From positions 330,001 through 362,000 of the forward strand of contig NC_000916.1 of assembly GCF_000008645.1 (NCBI RefSeq): a stretch of 32,000 nt of DNA, in the 5' to 3' direction. The stretch comes from Methanothermobacter thermautotrophicus str. Delta H (GTDB taxonomy: Archaea; Methanobacteriota; Methanobacteria; Methanobacteriales; Methanothermobacteraceae). The notes under the pieces were generated by a model. It did not search any database. It was not told the origin of the DNA and worked only from the letters and a program-made list of their open reading frames with translations. Of the stretch, positions 23,992 through 32,000 are shown piece by piece. Position 1 is the first letter of the stretch. Every line of letters begins with the position of its first letter. The translations under genes and the position numbers were made by a program.

Positions 23992-25191
23992 ATGAAACAT
24001 GTTATTCTTGTTGGAGACGGAATGGCGGATTACCCCCTTGATGAACTCGACGGTAAAACGCCACTGCAGGTGGCAGATAAGCCCAACATGGACCAGCTTG
24101 CAGGGATGGGTGCGTGCGGTCTTCTCAGGACAGTCCCGGAGGGGATGGAGGCGGGTTCAGATGTTGCAAACCTCAGTATAATGGGCTACGACCCCCGCAG
24201 GTACTACACCGGGAGGGGCCCCCTTGAGGCTGCAAGCATAGGTGTTGAGCTGGGCGATGATGATGTGGCATTCAGATGCAACCTCATAAACGCTGATGAG
24301 AGGATCGTGGACTTCAACGCCGGACACATAGAAACAGCTGAGGCGTCAAGCCTCATAGATGCCCTCAATCATGAACTTGAAACCAGGGGGAGGTTCTATG
24401 CCGGTGTGAGCTACAGGAACCTCTTTGTTATAGAGGGGAGGGGCTACACCTCGGTGAGGGTTGAGCCACCCCACGACATAGTGGGGGAGTCTGTGGCCGC
24501 ACACCTCCCCTCAGGCTCGGAGGAGGCAGACCATATAAGGGAGCTGATGCTGGAATCAGCAGGCGTCCTCAGATCCCATGAGGTGAACCTCAAAAGGGAA
24601 TCCATGGGTAAGAGGCCGGCCACCATGATCTGGCTCTGGGGACAGGGTTTAAGGCCATCAATGGAGCCCTTCAGTGAAAGGTACGGTATTAGAGGTGCCA
24701 CAATAACTGCAGTGGACCTGATAAAGGGCCTGGGCGTATATGCGGGTCTTGAAAACATCCATGTCCCGGGCGCCACAGGTTACCTGGACACAGACTACAG
24801 GGCCAAGGGCAGATACGCTGCCGGGGCCCTTGAGGAATATGACTTCCTCTACGTCCATGTTGAGGCACCCGATGAGGCAGGGCATGCCGGTGACGCTGAG
24901 GAGAAGATAAGGGCCATAGAGAATATAGACCGCTTCGTCCTCGGCAGGTTACTTGATGCGCTCTCAGACCATGAGCACAGGATAGCGGTCCTCCCGGATC
25001 ACCCCACACCCATTGAGATCAGGACCCATGTACCCGACCCCGTACCATGCATCCTTGCAGGTGACGGCGTGGATGCTGATCAGGTGAAATCCTATGACGA
25101 GTTCACAGTCAGGGAGGGGTCCCTGGGCACATGGGAGGCCCACAGGCTCATGGAAATCATGATGGACCCGGCTGCCCGGTTAAGGCAATGA
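23992..25191 (+). CDS. apgM: Archaeal-type cofactor-independent phosphoglycerate mutase
   Basis: MKHVILVGDGMADYPL..., FRCNL, the metal-binding HVEAPDEAGH, and LPDHPTP. The frame is open from GTG 23983. Confidence 0.88.
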   Translation: MKHVILVGDGMADYPLDELDGKTPLQVADKPNMDQLAGMGACGLLRTVPEGMEAGSDVANLSIMGYDPRRYYTGRGPLEAASIGVELGDDDVAFRCNLINADERIVDFNAGHIETAEASSLIDALNHELETRGRFYAGVSYRNLFVIEGRGYTSVRVEPPHDIVGESVAAHLPSGSEEADHIRELMLESAGVLRSHEVNLKRESMGKRPATMIWLWGQGLRPSMEPFSERYGIRGATITAVDLIKGLGVYAGLENIHVPGATGYLDTDYRAKGRYAAGALEEYDFLYVHVEAPDEAGHAGDAEEKIRAIENIDRFVLGRLLDALSDHEHRIAVLPDHPTPIEIRTHVPDPVPCILAGDGVDADQVKSYDEFTVREGSLGTWEAHRLMEIMMDPAARLRQ

Positions 25192-25242
25192 GTTTTTAAC
25201 ATCCTAATCACATATATTGACCCATCAAACTAATCTGAGGAG

Positions 25243-26844
25243 TTGGTTCATCTGGCCAAGTACATCGTTGTAACGGGAGGAGTTGTAAGCTCTATTGGAA
25301 AGGGAATAACAGCAGCATCAATAGGCAGGATACTCAGATCATATGGATTATCTGTGACAGCCATAAAGATAGACCCCTACCTGAACTGGGACTCAGGGAC
25401 CCTCAACCCCTACCAGCACGGTGAGGTCTTTGTAACCGATGATGGAATGGAGACAGACCTTGACCTGGGCCACTATGAGAGGTTCCTGGACTCTGATCTC
25501 CCTGGTGAGGCCAACATAACAACCGGAAAGGTCTACATGTCCGTCATAAATAAGGAGCGGTCAGGGGATTACCTGGGCTCCTGTGTACAGATAATACCCC
25601 ACATAACCGACGAGATCAAGTCAATGATAAGAAAAATCGCTGATAAAAGCGGTGCTGAGGTGGTACTGGTGGAGGTCGGGGGTACGGTGGGTGACATAGA
25701 GGGTCAGCCCTTCCTGGAGGCCCTCAGGCAGCTGAGGAACGAGGAGGGTCATGAGAACGTCATGTTCGTCCATGTGACCTACGTCCCATATCTGAGGGCT
25801 GCAGGGGAATTTAAGACCAAACCGACACAGCACAGTACAAAGGAGCTCAGAAGTACAGGTATAAACCCTGATATGATCATCTGCCGGAGTGAGATGCCAA
25901 TAGACTCCTCACTCAAGAGGAAGATAGCCCACTTCTGTGACGTTGAGGAGGAGGCCGTTGTGAATGCCCCCGACGCATCATCAATCTATGAGGTCCCCCT
26001 GGTACTTGACAGTGAGCGGGTGGGGGACTACATAGTCCGGAGGATAGAACTGGATGTTGATGGTGAAGCAGACCTCAGTGAATGGGCAGGGATAGTTGAG
26101 TCACTCATGATAGATGAGCCGGTGGTTACCGTTGGAATAGTCGGCAAGTACGTGGAGCTTGAGGACTCATACATAAGTATAAGGGAAGCCCTCAAACATG
26201 CAGCGGCACACCTACGGGTAAGGGTTGATATTGAGTGGATAAGTGCCGATGATGCAGTAAATGAGGAGGACCTTTCACGTCTTGACTCCATACTCATCCC
26301 TGGTGGATTTGGTGAAAGGGGAATCGCAGGAAAACTTGAGGCGGTCAGGTTCGCCCTTGAAAACAGGGTTCCCATCTTCGGCATATGCCTGGGCATGCAG
26401 TGCATGGTCATAGAATTCGCAAGGCTCAACGGCATGGAGGGTGCCAACAGCACAGAGTTCGACCCGGAAACCCCCTACCCTGTCATAGACATGATGGAGG
26501 AGCAGAAGAGGATAAAGAACATGGGGGGTACCATGCGCCTCGGCTCCTACCAGTGCAGGATAAGGGAGGGTACACTGGCACATGAGGCCTACGGCACCGA
26601 ACTCGTGGGTGAGAGGCACAGGCACAGGTTTGAACTCAACAACGAATTCAGGGAGGAACTGGAGAGTAAGGGCCTTATAATCTCAGGAACATCTCCGGAC
26701 GACTTCCTCGTGGAGATGGTTGAGATCAAGGATCACCCATGGTTCCTCGGATGCCAGTTCCACCCAGAGTTCAGGTCAAGACCAAACAGGGCCCATCCAC
26801 TCTTTGTATCCTTCCTCAGGGCCGCCCTTGAAAGGAGCCGTTAA
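25243..26844 (+). CDS. pyrG: CTP synthase
   Basis: [17 protein letters not shown], the GATase GICLGMQ, and HRHRFE.N. 533 aa. The start codon is uncertain because TTG 25243 sits only 1-2 nt after gaggag. Confidence 0.95.
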   Translation: MVHLAKYIVVTGGVVSSIGKGITAASIGRILRSYGLSVTAIKIDPYLNWDSGTLNPYQHGEVFVTDDGMETDLDLGHYERFLDSDLPGEANITTGKVYMSVINKERSGDYLGSCVQIIPHITDEIKSMIRKIADKSGAEVVLVEVGGTVGDIEGQPFLEALRQLRNEEGHENVMFVHVTYVPYLRAAGEFKTKPTQHSTKELRSTGINPDMIICRSEMPIDSSLKRKIAHFCDVEEEAVVNAPDASSIYEVPLVLDSERVGDYIVRRIELDVDGEADLSEWAGIVESLMIDEPVVTVGIVGKYVELEDSYISIREALKHAAAHLRVRVDIEWISADDAVNEEDLSRLDSILIPGGFGERGIAGKLEAVRFALENRVPIFGICLGMQCMVIEFARLNGMEGANSTEFDPETPYPVIDMMEEQKRIKNMGGTMRLGSYQCRIREGTLAHEAYGTELVGERHRHRFELNNEFREELESKGLIISGTSPDDFLVEMVEIKDHPWFLGCQFHPEFRSRPNRAHPLFVSFLRAALERSR

Positions 26845-26859
26845 TAAAGCGGCAAAATC

Positions 26860-26867
26860 TTTTTTTT
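26860..26867 (+). terminator. Oligo-T (T8) tract after pyrG
   Basis: T8 lies 13 nt after the stop. Archaeal termination typically uses oligo-T. Confidence 0.5.
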
Positions 26868-26891
26868 ATCTACCGTTACATCTTTAGCAGG

Positions 26892-26898
26892 AAAAAAA
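26892..26898 (-). terminator. Oligo-T (T7 on the minus strand) after the STT3-like gene
   Basis: A7 on the plus strand lies 17 nt beyond the minus-strand stop codon (26915-26917). Confidence 0.45.
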
Positions 26899-26914
26899 GC
26901 TCAACTACTTTTTA

Positions 26915-28945
26915 TCAGGTATTCCAATCCCTGATGGGCTCCCATACAGTGACATCCCTGCTCCTCATGACTGCCCTGAAGACGCCTCCACCGTCACCAA
27001 GGAGCACCAGCCTGGCGAACATGGAATCCTCATATCCACGCTCCAGGACCACAGTCCGGTTCCTGTCATAGAGCACAAATGCAACGAGGCCCCCCTGGGG
27101 GTCGCCCTCCACCTTCCTGACACCACCATCCACAAGGTACAGTTCTGAGACCCTCAAACCATTGAATGAGATCCTCTCACCATCCCAGAGCAGACCGTCA
27201 CTGGTTCTCAGGGGCCAGCCCTGAACTATACTCCCTGTGGAGTACACCGGCTTCCTGGTTTTTCCTGTGAAGTTCCAGTTACCATAATAGAGTATCCAGT
27301 ACCCCTTATCAATGAGCCGGTCACAGGTCACAAGGACGTAGCCGGATCTCCTGCTGAGGGTTGAGGCAACTCTCCCTGAAGCAACAGGGTCAAGTCCCCT
27401 ATCCTGCAGGTACTCTGCCCTTGAGGACCCATCAACAGCCAGCACATCCCCCAGAATGACTGCAGAGCCAGCCGGATCCCCGGTGGCGTTCAGTACCTCA
27501 AGGTAGGCTTCATCACCTGAGGATGCCAGCATGGATAGTATCTCATCTGCCAGGTGGGGTCCGTGGTCGTTCGGGCCCGGATCATGCCAGTACTCCCTGT
27601 AGACTCCCGGGATACGGGGGTCAAGGGGGTATCCAGGCCCCCTCTTCGCCGCAGTTTCAATGTAGGCCAGTCTGCCATCGAAGTTCACCGGCCTCCTGGC
27701 CATGAATGCAAAGAAGTGTCCGTGGACCCAGTTGGAGATCACCACAGTATCAGGAGGGGTTTTGGCTCTTATGTAGTCTGCAGCATCCAGAAGGCCGTCA
27801 TCCACCCGGGGGTGGAGGGCGCTGTACTGACCCGTAGAGATGATGAGGGATGGAAGGACCACCATGATGGCGACTGCAACATGAAGCTTCCGCCTGAAAC
27901 CGGGGGGTACCCTGGAGGCAGTCCCCAGATCTGCAAGGAATAGCGCGGAGGTTATGAGAAGGGGTGCAGTGAGGAGCTCAGAGAACCTTATACCCCAGAG
28001 TAGTGAGGCGGCACCTGTGAGGGTCCAGAGGATGATTACCGGAAGCACCATGCTATCCCTCCAGTCACGGAAGAGGGACCTGAAACCAGCCAGACCCGCC
28101 AGGAGGAGGCCGGGTCCAAGGGCCATCAGCACGTCATCAAAACCTGGACGCTGGAGCTCTGTTATGTTTGCATAGGGGTCAGGGAATGGATCTGCTCTGG
28201 CAACGGGTATCTTCATCAGCCCCACCGGGATGGATGGAATGGCCCGTGGATCCATCAGCACAATGAGAAGCGTGGAGGTGATGAGGAATATGAGGGGTTC
28301 TCTTCTACGATACAGGAGCGAGTGGAGTATCACCGACAGGGCCATAATCGAGTAGATGAGCTGCCACCCATTCCAGGCTGCGGCGAAGACACCCATGAGG
28401 GCCCCTGAGAGTACGGCCATCCTCCAGTCACCATCCCTGAGAGAAAGGTGGAGTGTTAAGAGGATGGCAAGGGGGAGGACGAGGTTGAACATGTCGGTGT
28501 CATAGAAACCAGGGATGGTCCTCATGAAGTAGAAGGGTGCTGCAGTGGCAAGGAGGCCTGCTGTGGTGGCTGATACGTCATCACAGTCAAGGGACCTTGC
28601 AGCTGCAAAGACAGCGACCCCGGCGAGGGGTGCAATGATGGCTGGAAGCCAGAATGCGGTGTCGGTGAGACCTGGAAGTAACCAGGTAAATAGCAGGTAA
28701 AGGGTGACGGTGAGGTGGGGGAGCAGAGGGGGGTAATCGAGGGGGACCCCGGGAGGGTAATAGGAGTACCTGTCCCACCCACCCTCTGAGAGTTCACCCT
28801 CATTTAAGAGGTTGCTGGCGAGCCTGAGGTTGTAGTAGGAGTCCATATCATACATGAGGGGCTGGTAGTGGGCCTCGCTGTATACTCCGGCCACAGTCAC
28901 CGTGCCTGCTCTCAGGGCGAAACCTGAAGCGAATATTATGAGCAT
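26915..28945 (-). CDS. STT3/AglB-family GT-C membrane protein (oligosaccharyltransferase-like) with a degenerate WWDYG motif
   Basis: 676 aa and multi-TM. YDMDSYYNLR (first-loop DxD), YYPPGVPLDYPPL, and GFYDTDMFNL (compare PglB GYYDTDML). The WWDYG position reads NWVHG (27719-27733). About 270-aa C-terminal soluble domain. The N-terminal TM looks short, so the start is somewhat uncertain. Confidence 0.8.
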   Translation of the reverse strand: MLIIFASGFALRAGTVTVAGVYSEAHYQPLMYDMDSYYNLRLASNLLNEGELSEGGWDRYSYYPPGVPLDYPPLLPHLTVTLYLLFTWLLPGLTDTAFWLPAIIAPLAGVAVFAAARSLDCDDVSATTAGLLATAAPFYFMRTIPGFYDTDMFNLVLPLAILLTLHLSLRDGDWRMAVLSGALMGVFAAAWNGWQLIYSIMALSVILHSLLYRRREPLIFLITSTLLIVLMDPRAIPSIPVGLMKIPVARADPFPDPYANITELQRPGFDDVLMALGPGLLLAGLAGFRSLFRDWRDSMVLPVIILWTLTGAASLLWGIRFSELLTAPLLITSALFLADLGTASRVPPGFRRKLHVAVAIMVVLPSLIISTGQYSALHPRVDDGLLDAADYIRAKTPPDTVVISNWVHGHFFAFMARRPVNFDGRLAYIETAAKRGPGYPLDPRIPGVYREYWHDPGPNDHGPHLADEILSMLASSGDEAYLEVLNATGDPAGSAVILGDVLAVDGSSRAEYLQDRGLDPVASGRVASTLSRRSGYVLVTCDRLIDKGYWILYYGNWNFTGKTRKPVYSTGSIVQGWPLRTSDGLLWDGERISFNGLRVSELYLVDGGVRKVEGDPQGGLVAFVLYDRNRTVVLERGYEDSMFARLVLLGDGGGVFRAVMRSRDVTVWEPIRDWNT

Positions 28946-29317
28946 CAGTAAAACAGCCCTTCTGTCTGCGCCAGCAATCCATTCCCTGATACTGAAGGAC
29001 AGATAATCACATCCTTACCTTCCCTTTACCATAGATCTCTGGTCCCGGGTTAATATGCTTTATTGCCTTTACTCATATCAGTGCTGCAGTGTTCTGTGAG
29101 CATAGATTTTTGGTTAAATGCTGCATATTTCGGTGTCCCTGTATCATGGATTTATCTGTCAGTCTGCAGCCCGGAGTGTGTCCCCTCTGATACGGGGATT
29201 GCCGGTGCTGCACCCGGAGAAATCAACCACAAAAACTTAAATAGAGATCACTGAGAATTAATTAATAAATCATGATTTTCTGTAATATCCATCTCTAAGC
29301 TTCAAGGAGTGATATTA

Positions 29318-30466
29318 ATGGTCATAGAGTTACTCTCGGTATTCATAGCACTTCTGGCCTGTTTCTATGCTTCATACAGTGATATAAAAAGGGGTATAAT
29401 ACCCAACCGTCTGACCTTTCCTGTTATCGGGCTCGGTCTTCTCCTGAATGGTGCGAGGGCCCTCATGGAATCGGATCCCTGGATATTCATTTACACAGCC
29501 ATCTTCACAGCCGGGATATTCGCCCTGGGATACATCCTCTGGAGGATGGTGGCCTGGGCAGGTGGTGATGTGAAGCTCTTCACAGCGGTAACCTCCCTGC
29601 TACCATTCCAGCCGTCACTGGTAAGCTACAGCTTCCTCGGAACGGCCTTCCCTGTCACGGCATCCTACCCCTTTCCACTCACGGTCATAATAAACAGTAT
29701 ACTGGCGCTCCTCCCCTTCCTCCTGGTCTATGTGTTCTTCATCATCTACACATCCAGGAGGCACCTCATGGACGAGTTCATGGAGCCCCTCCGCCAGTAC
29801 AGGACCAGCATGGTCCTGGCCCTGGTTATAACATCCGCCGTTACCCTGACATTCCTCATAACAGACTTCCTCCCATTCCAGATCATAGTACTTTCCCTGA
29901 TCCTTGTCTACCTCCTCACCATGGTCATCTCACGCCTACCGCCAAGGATTAAGGCGGTTATAGTATCGGTGATCATAGTCTACTCGCTCTACAAGAACTT
30001 TGAGTTGACCGTGAGTGGAGTTGTAATTCTCTGGGTCTCCATAACGGTTATACAGCTCATAAGGAAGCTCCTCACATCCATCACGAGGGAGGCCCTCCAG
30101 GACACCATGGGCGTGGATGAACTGAAGGAGGGCATGATACTCGCAAGCACCCTCTACAGGAAGGGCGATGAATACTACTTCGATGACAGTTCACTCCTTG
30201 ACAGGTTCCGGACAGCTGCGAGGACCGGTGATGTATCTGCACTGACCTACAGGGGTGAACCTGTGGTGTCTGCCATGGCAGCCGGTCTCCGGGAGGAGGA
30301 GATTGAGACCCTCAGGGACCTTGTATCCAGGGGCAAGATAAAGGATGAGTTCCGGATAAGACGCGGTATGCCCTTTGCTCCTGCAATCTTCATAGGGCTC
30401 CTGGTTTCACTCCTTATAGGGGACCTTGCAATGATACTGTTCAGGTTATTTGACATCATATTCTAG
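29318..30466 (+). CDS. A24-family prepilin/preflagellin peptidase-like membrane aspartyl protease (EppA/FlaK-like), long form
   Basis: YSDIKRGIIPN (first Asp), AWAGGDVKLF (GxGD-type second Asp) and the C-terminal GMPFAPAIFIG. An ~100-aa soluble insert precedes the last TM. aaggag SD lies 8 nt before ATG 29318, and the frame is open from GTG 29309. Confidence 0.8.
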   Translation: MVIELLSVFIALLACFYASYSDIKRGIIPNRLTFPVIGLGLLLNGARALMESDPWIFIYTAIFTAGIFALGYILWRMVAWAGGDVKLFTAVTSLLPFQPSLVSYSFLGTAFPVTASYPFPLTVIINSILALLPFLLVYVFFIIYTSRRHLMDEFMEPLRQYRTSMVLALVITSAVTLTFLITDFLPFQIIVLSLILVYLLTMVISRLPPRIKAVIVSVIIVYSLYKNFELTVSGVVILWVSITVIQLIRKLLTSITREALQDTMGVDELKEGMILASTLYRKGDEYYFDDSSLLDRFRTAARTGDVSALTYRGEPVVSAMAAGLREEEIETLRDLVSRGKIKDEFRIRRGMPFAPAIFIGLLVSLLIGDLAMILFRLFDIIF

Positions 30467-30542
30467 TTCAGGTGGTGAGGGTTACCGGTCTGGTGAGCCA
30501 GATAACGGGGTGGGCACTGCCATGATCTCCCGGATGTTCACC

Positions 30543-30552
30543 AAATATATAA
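30543..30552 (+). promoter_or_regulatory. TATA-like box (aaatatataa) upstream of the pilin-like gene
   Basis: AT-rich box about 50 nt upstream of ATG 30600, with aggtga SD at 30589-30594. Confidence 0.3.
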
Positions 30553-30599
30553 GTGTAGCCCTACAGAATCTAATGCAGAGATGTTTAAAGGTGATCTAT

Positions 30600-31031
30600 A
30601 TGGATAGCAGGGGACAGGTCTCCCTGGAGTACCTTCTGCTGATACTCGTGGTCCTCCTCATCCTTGGAGGAGTAACGATACCCCTCATAGGAAGTTCAAT
30701 TGAGGCAAGCACTGATGTTTCAAGGGCATCAGATGCCAAGGTGGCTGTTCAGACCATTGCAAATGCGGCTGACATAGTATACGCCAACGGGCCGGGTGCA
30801 AAGAGGACGGTGAGCTTCTACATACCGGTTGATGGAGTCCTCATCACCGGCAATAACAGCGTCATATTCACAGTCACCTACACCAACGGCACGGTATCAA
30901 ATATAACTGCACCGACACAGTACAACGTGACATCACAGTCCGTGCAGGTGCAGAGGGGATGGTACACGGCTGTCATATACTGGCCACTGAATTCAAACAA
31001 CGTTGTTGTAACGAATGTGACAAGGAAGTAG
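30600..31031 (+). CDS. Archaeal type IV pilin-like protein with a class III signal peptide (DUF361-type QxSxEY motif)
   Basis: MDSRG/QVSLEYLLLILVVLLILGGVTIPLIG: a short basic leader, Gly-Gln cleavage context, Glu at +5 and a hydrophobic helix. 143 aa. Five N-x-S/T sequons in the last ~65 aa. The ORF is open from 30450, but the SD and signal peptide support 30600. Confidence 0.75.
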   Translation: MDSRGQVSLEYLLLILVVLLILGGVTIPLIGSSIEASTDVSRASDAKVAVQTIANAADIVYANGPGAKRTVSFYIPVDGVLITGNNSVIFTVTYTNGTVSNITAPTQYNVTSQSVQVQRGWYTAVIYWPLNSNNVVVTNVTRK

Positions 31032-31039
31032 GTGATTGA

Positions 31040-31939
31040 ATGGATTTCTTCTCAAGACTCGGCAGTGCAGTGATAGCTCTATTTAACATCATGGGAACCG
31101 TCATATTTGAACTGGTAAGGCTCCCCGGGAGGATAAGGAGGGCTGCCTCAGGTCTGCGGGAGGGACTCTCCAGGGTCGAGGTGGATGAAATACGGGATAA
31201 AATTCATGACAAAACAAGGACGATAGGGGAGCGAATACCGGTGCAGCGTGATGAGGAGGTCAGGGAGATCCTTGAGGAGGCACGAAACCATGACATCAGG
31301 ATACCTGAGGACGACGCACCCATAATAATCAGGACACCCCAATTTGACCCGGCAGAGAAGGAGAATGCTGTCCTCAAACTCCAGATTGCAGCCTCACTCT
31401 TCATCATAATATCCATAGTCTATGTCTTCAACTTCATATCCATCCTTGTGTTCCTTCCGGCTGCCCTTCTGCTCCTAGCTCTCCTCCTTTACATACTCTA
31501 CAGACAGATAAGGGTAATGTACCCCGGGGACTTTGAGGCCTACAGGGACTTCTTCCTCATGTACGTGGCTGTGGGTGTGGTTATAATCCTTGTCTCAGGC
31601 AACTCGGCCCTGACAATGGCGTTTCCATTCGTATTCTTCCCTGCCCTCACAACGCTCCTCTTCGCGGTGATCGCGGTTGCAGCGGTCTTCCTGATATTCA
31701 GGGTGAGGTATGTGCGTGACTACACCTTCGGTGAGGTTATAGAGGTGGGTGAGAACACCTCCTATGTACGTGTTGACTATGATATAAGGAGCAACGTCAA
31801 ACCCGATGTTTACATAGTTGAGAATAATGGCTTCCATGTTGATGTCCATGATACTGTGAAGCTTGCAGTTGAGGGCTCGGTCATGAGCATGAGGGGTAAC
31901 AGGCCGGTGAGGATAATAGGAGTGGAAGGCCTCCGCTGA
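31040..31939 (+). CDS. Hypothetical membrane protein (charged N-terminal region, ~4 TM, C-terminal beta-rich domain)
   Basis: 299 aa. aggtga SD, and the start is 8 nt after the pilin stop, so it is probably co-transcribed. The C-terminal FGEVIEVGENTSYVRVDY...VRIIGVEG is loosely NfeD/OB-like. No confident family assignment. Confidence 0.6.
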   Translation: MDFFSRLGSAVIALFNIMGTVIFELVRLPGRIRRAASGLREGLSRVEVDEIRDKIHDKTRTIGERIPVQRDEEVREILEEARNHDIRIPEDDAPIIIRTPQFDPAEKENAVLKLQIAASLFIIISIVYVFNFISILVFLPAALLLLALLLYILYRQIRVMYPGDFEAYRDFFLMYVAVGVVIILVSGNSALTMAFPFVFFPALTTLLFAVIAVAAVFLIFRVRYVRDYTFGEVIEVGENTSYVRVDYDIRSNVKPDVYIVENNGFHVDVHDTVKLAVEGSVMSMRGNRPVRIIGVEGLR

Positions 31940-32000
31940 TTAATAACCCTTAATTTTTCAGATTCTATGCGGAACCTTAATGTTGCACTGAAAAATCAAA

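Noticed and set aside
29063-29254. 63-aa ORF in the divergent intergenic region between the STT3-like and peptidase genes
   Set aside because: It has a TTG-type start, a Cys/Ser-rich odd composition and no SD. The region more plausibly holds the two divergent promoters.
1-32000. Looked for CRISPR arrays, tRNA/rRNA genes, and transposase, integrase or IS ends
   Set aside because: The repeats found are either one large in-gene tandem duplication or isolated pairs of 20-37 nt. None has the repeat-spacer periodicity of CRISPR. I saw no cloverleaf-compatible GTTCGAATC-type T-arm context, no rRNA-like sequence and no recombinase motifs.

Overview
This is a methanogen chromosome segment of roughly 50% GC. 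Gene content and order match what I remember of the Methanothermobacter thermautotrophicus eha region, but the organism call is inference.

- **272-12849:** the complete 20-gene energy-converting [NiFe]-hydrogenase A operon (ehaA-T). It contains 10 small membrane subunits, two conserved membrane subunits, small and large hydrogenase subunits, a 6x and a 10x [4Fe-4S] polyferredoxin, and four hydrophilic proteins that include an Ftr-like and a PfkB-kinase-like protein. In this sequence ehaQ and ehaR are each broken by a frame shift.
- **13004-14390:** an overlapping pair of a 6x[4Fe-4S] polyferredoxin and a CBS-pair protein.
- **About 14.4-15.9 kb:** a visibly AT-richer islet carrying an MNT/HEPN (MntA/HepT-type) toxin-antitoxin pair. 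The HEPN gene is frameshifted in an A5 run just before its Rx4H motif.
- **15892-17709:** a Zn/Cd-type P1B ATPase.
- **17823-19574 (-):** a secreted protein with pseudomurein-binding repeats and a transglutaminase-like Cys-His-Asp domain. It carries a near-perfect 453-bp internal tandem duplication.
- **20.2-26.8 kb:** a housekeeping block with a PNPOx-like flavoprotein, an AsnB-like amidotransferase, a GatC-like protein, an ACT protein, hom, apgM and pyrG.
- **26.9-31.9 kb:** a divergent STT3/AglB-like protein with a degenerate WWDYG motif, facing an A24 prepilin-type peptidase, a sequon-rich class III signal-peptide pilin and an unknown membrane protein. This is the best candidate here for an uncharacterised surface-structure module.

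Several short perfect direct repeats sit at gene boundaries. I recognised no rRNA, tRNA, CRISPR array or transposase.
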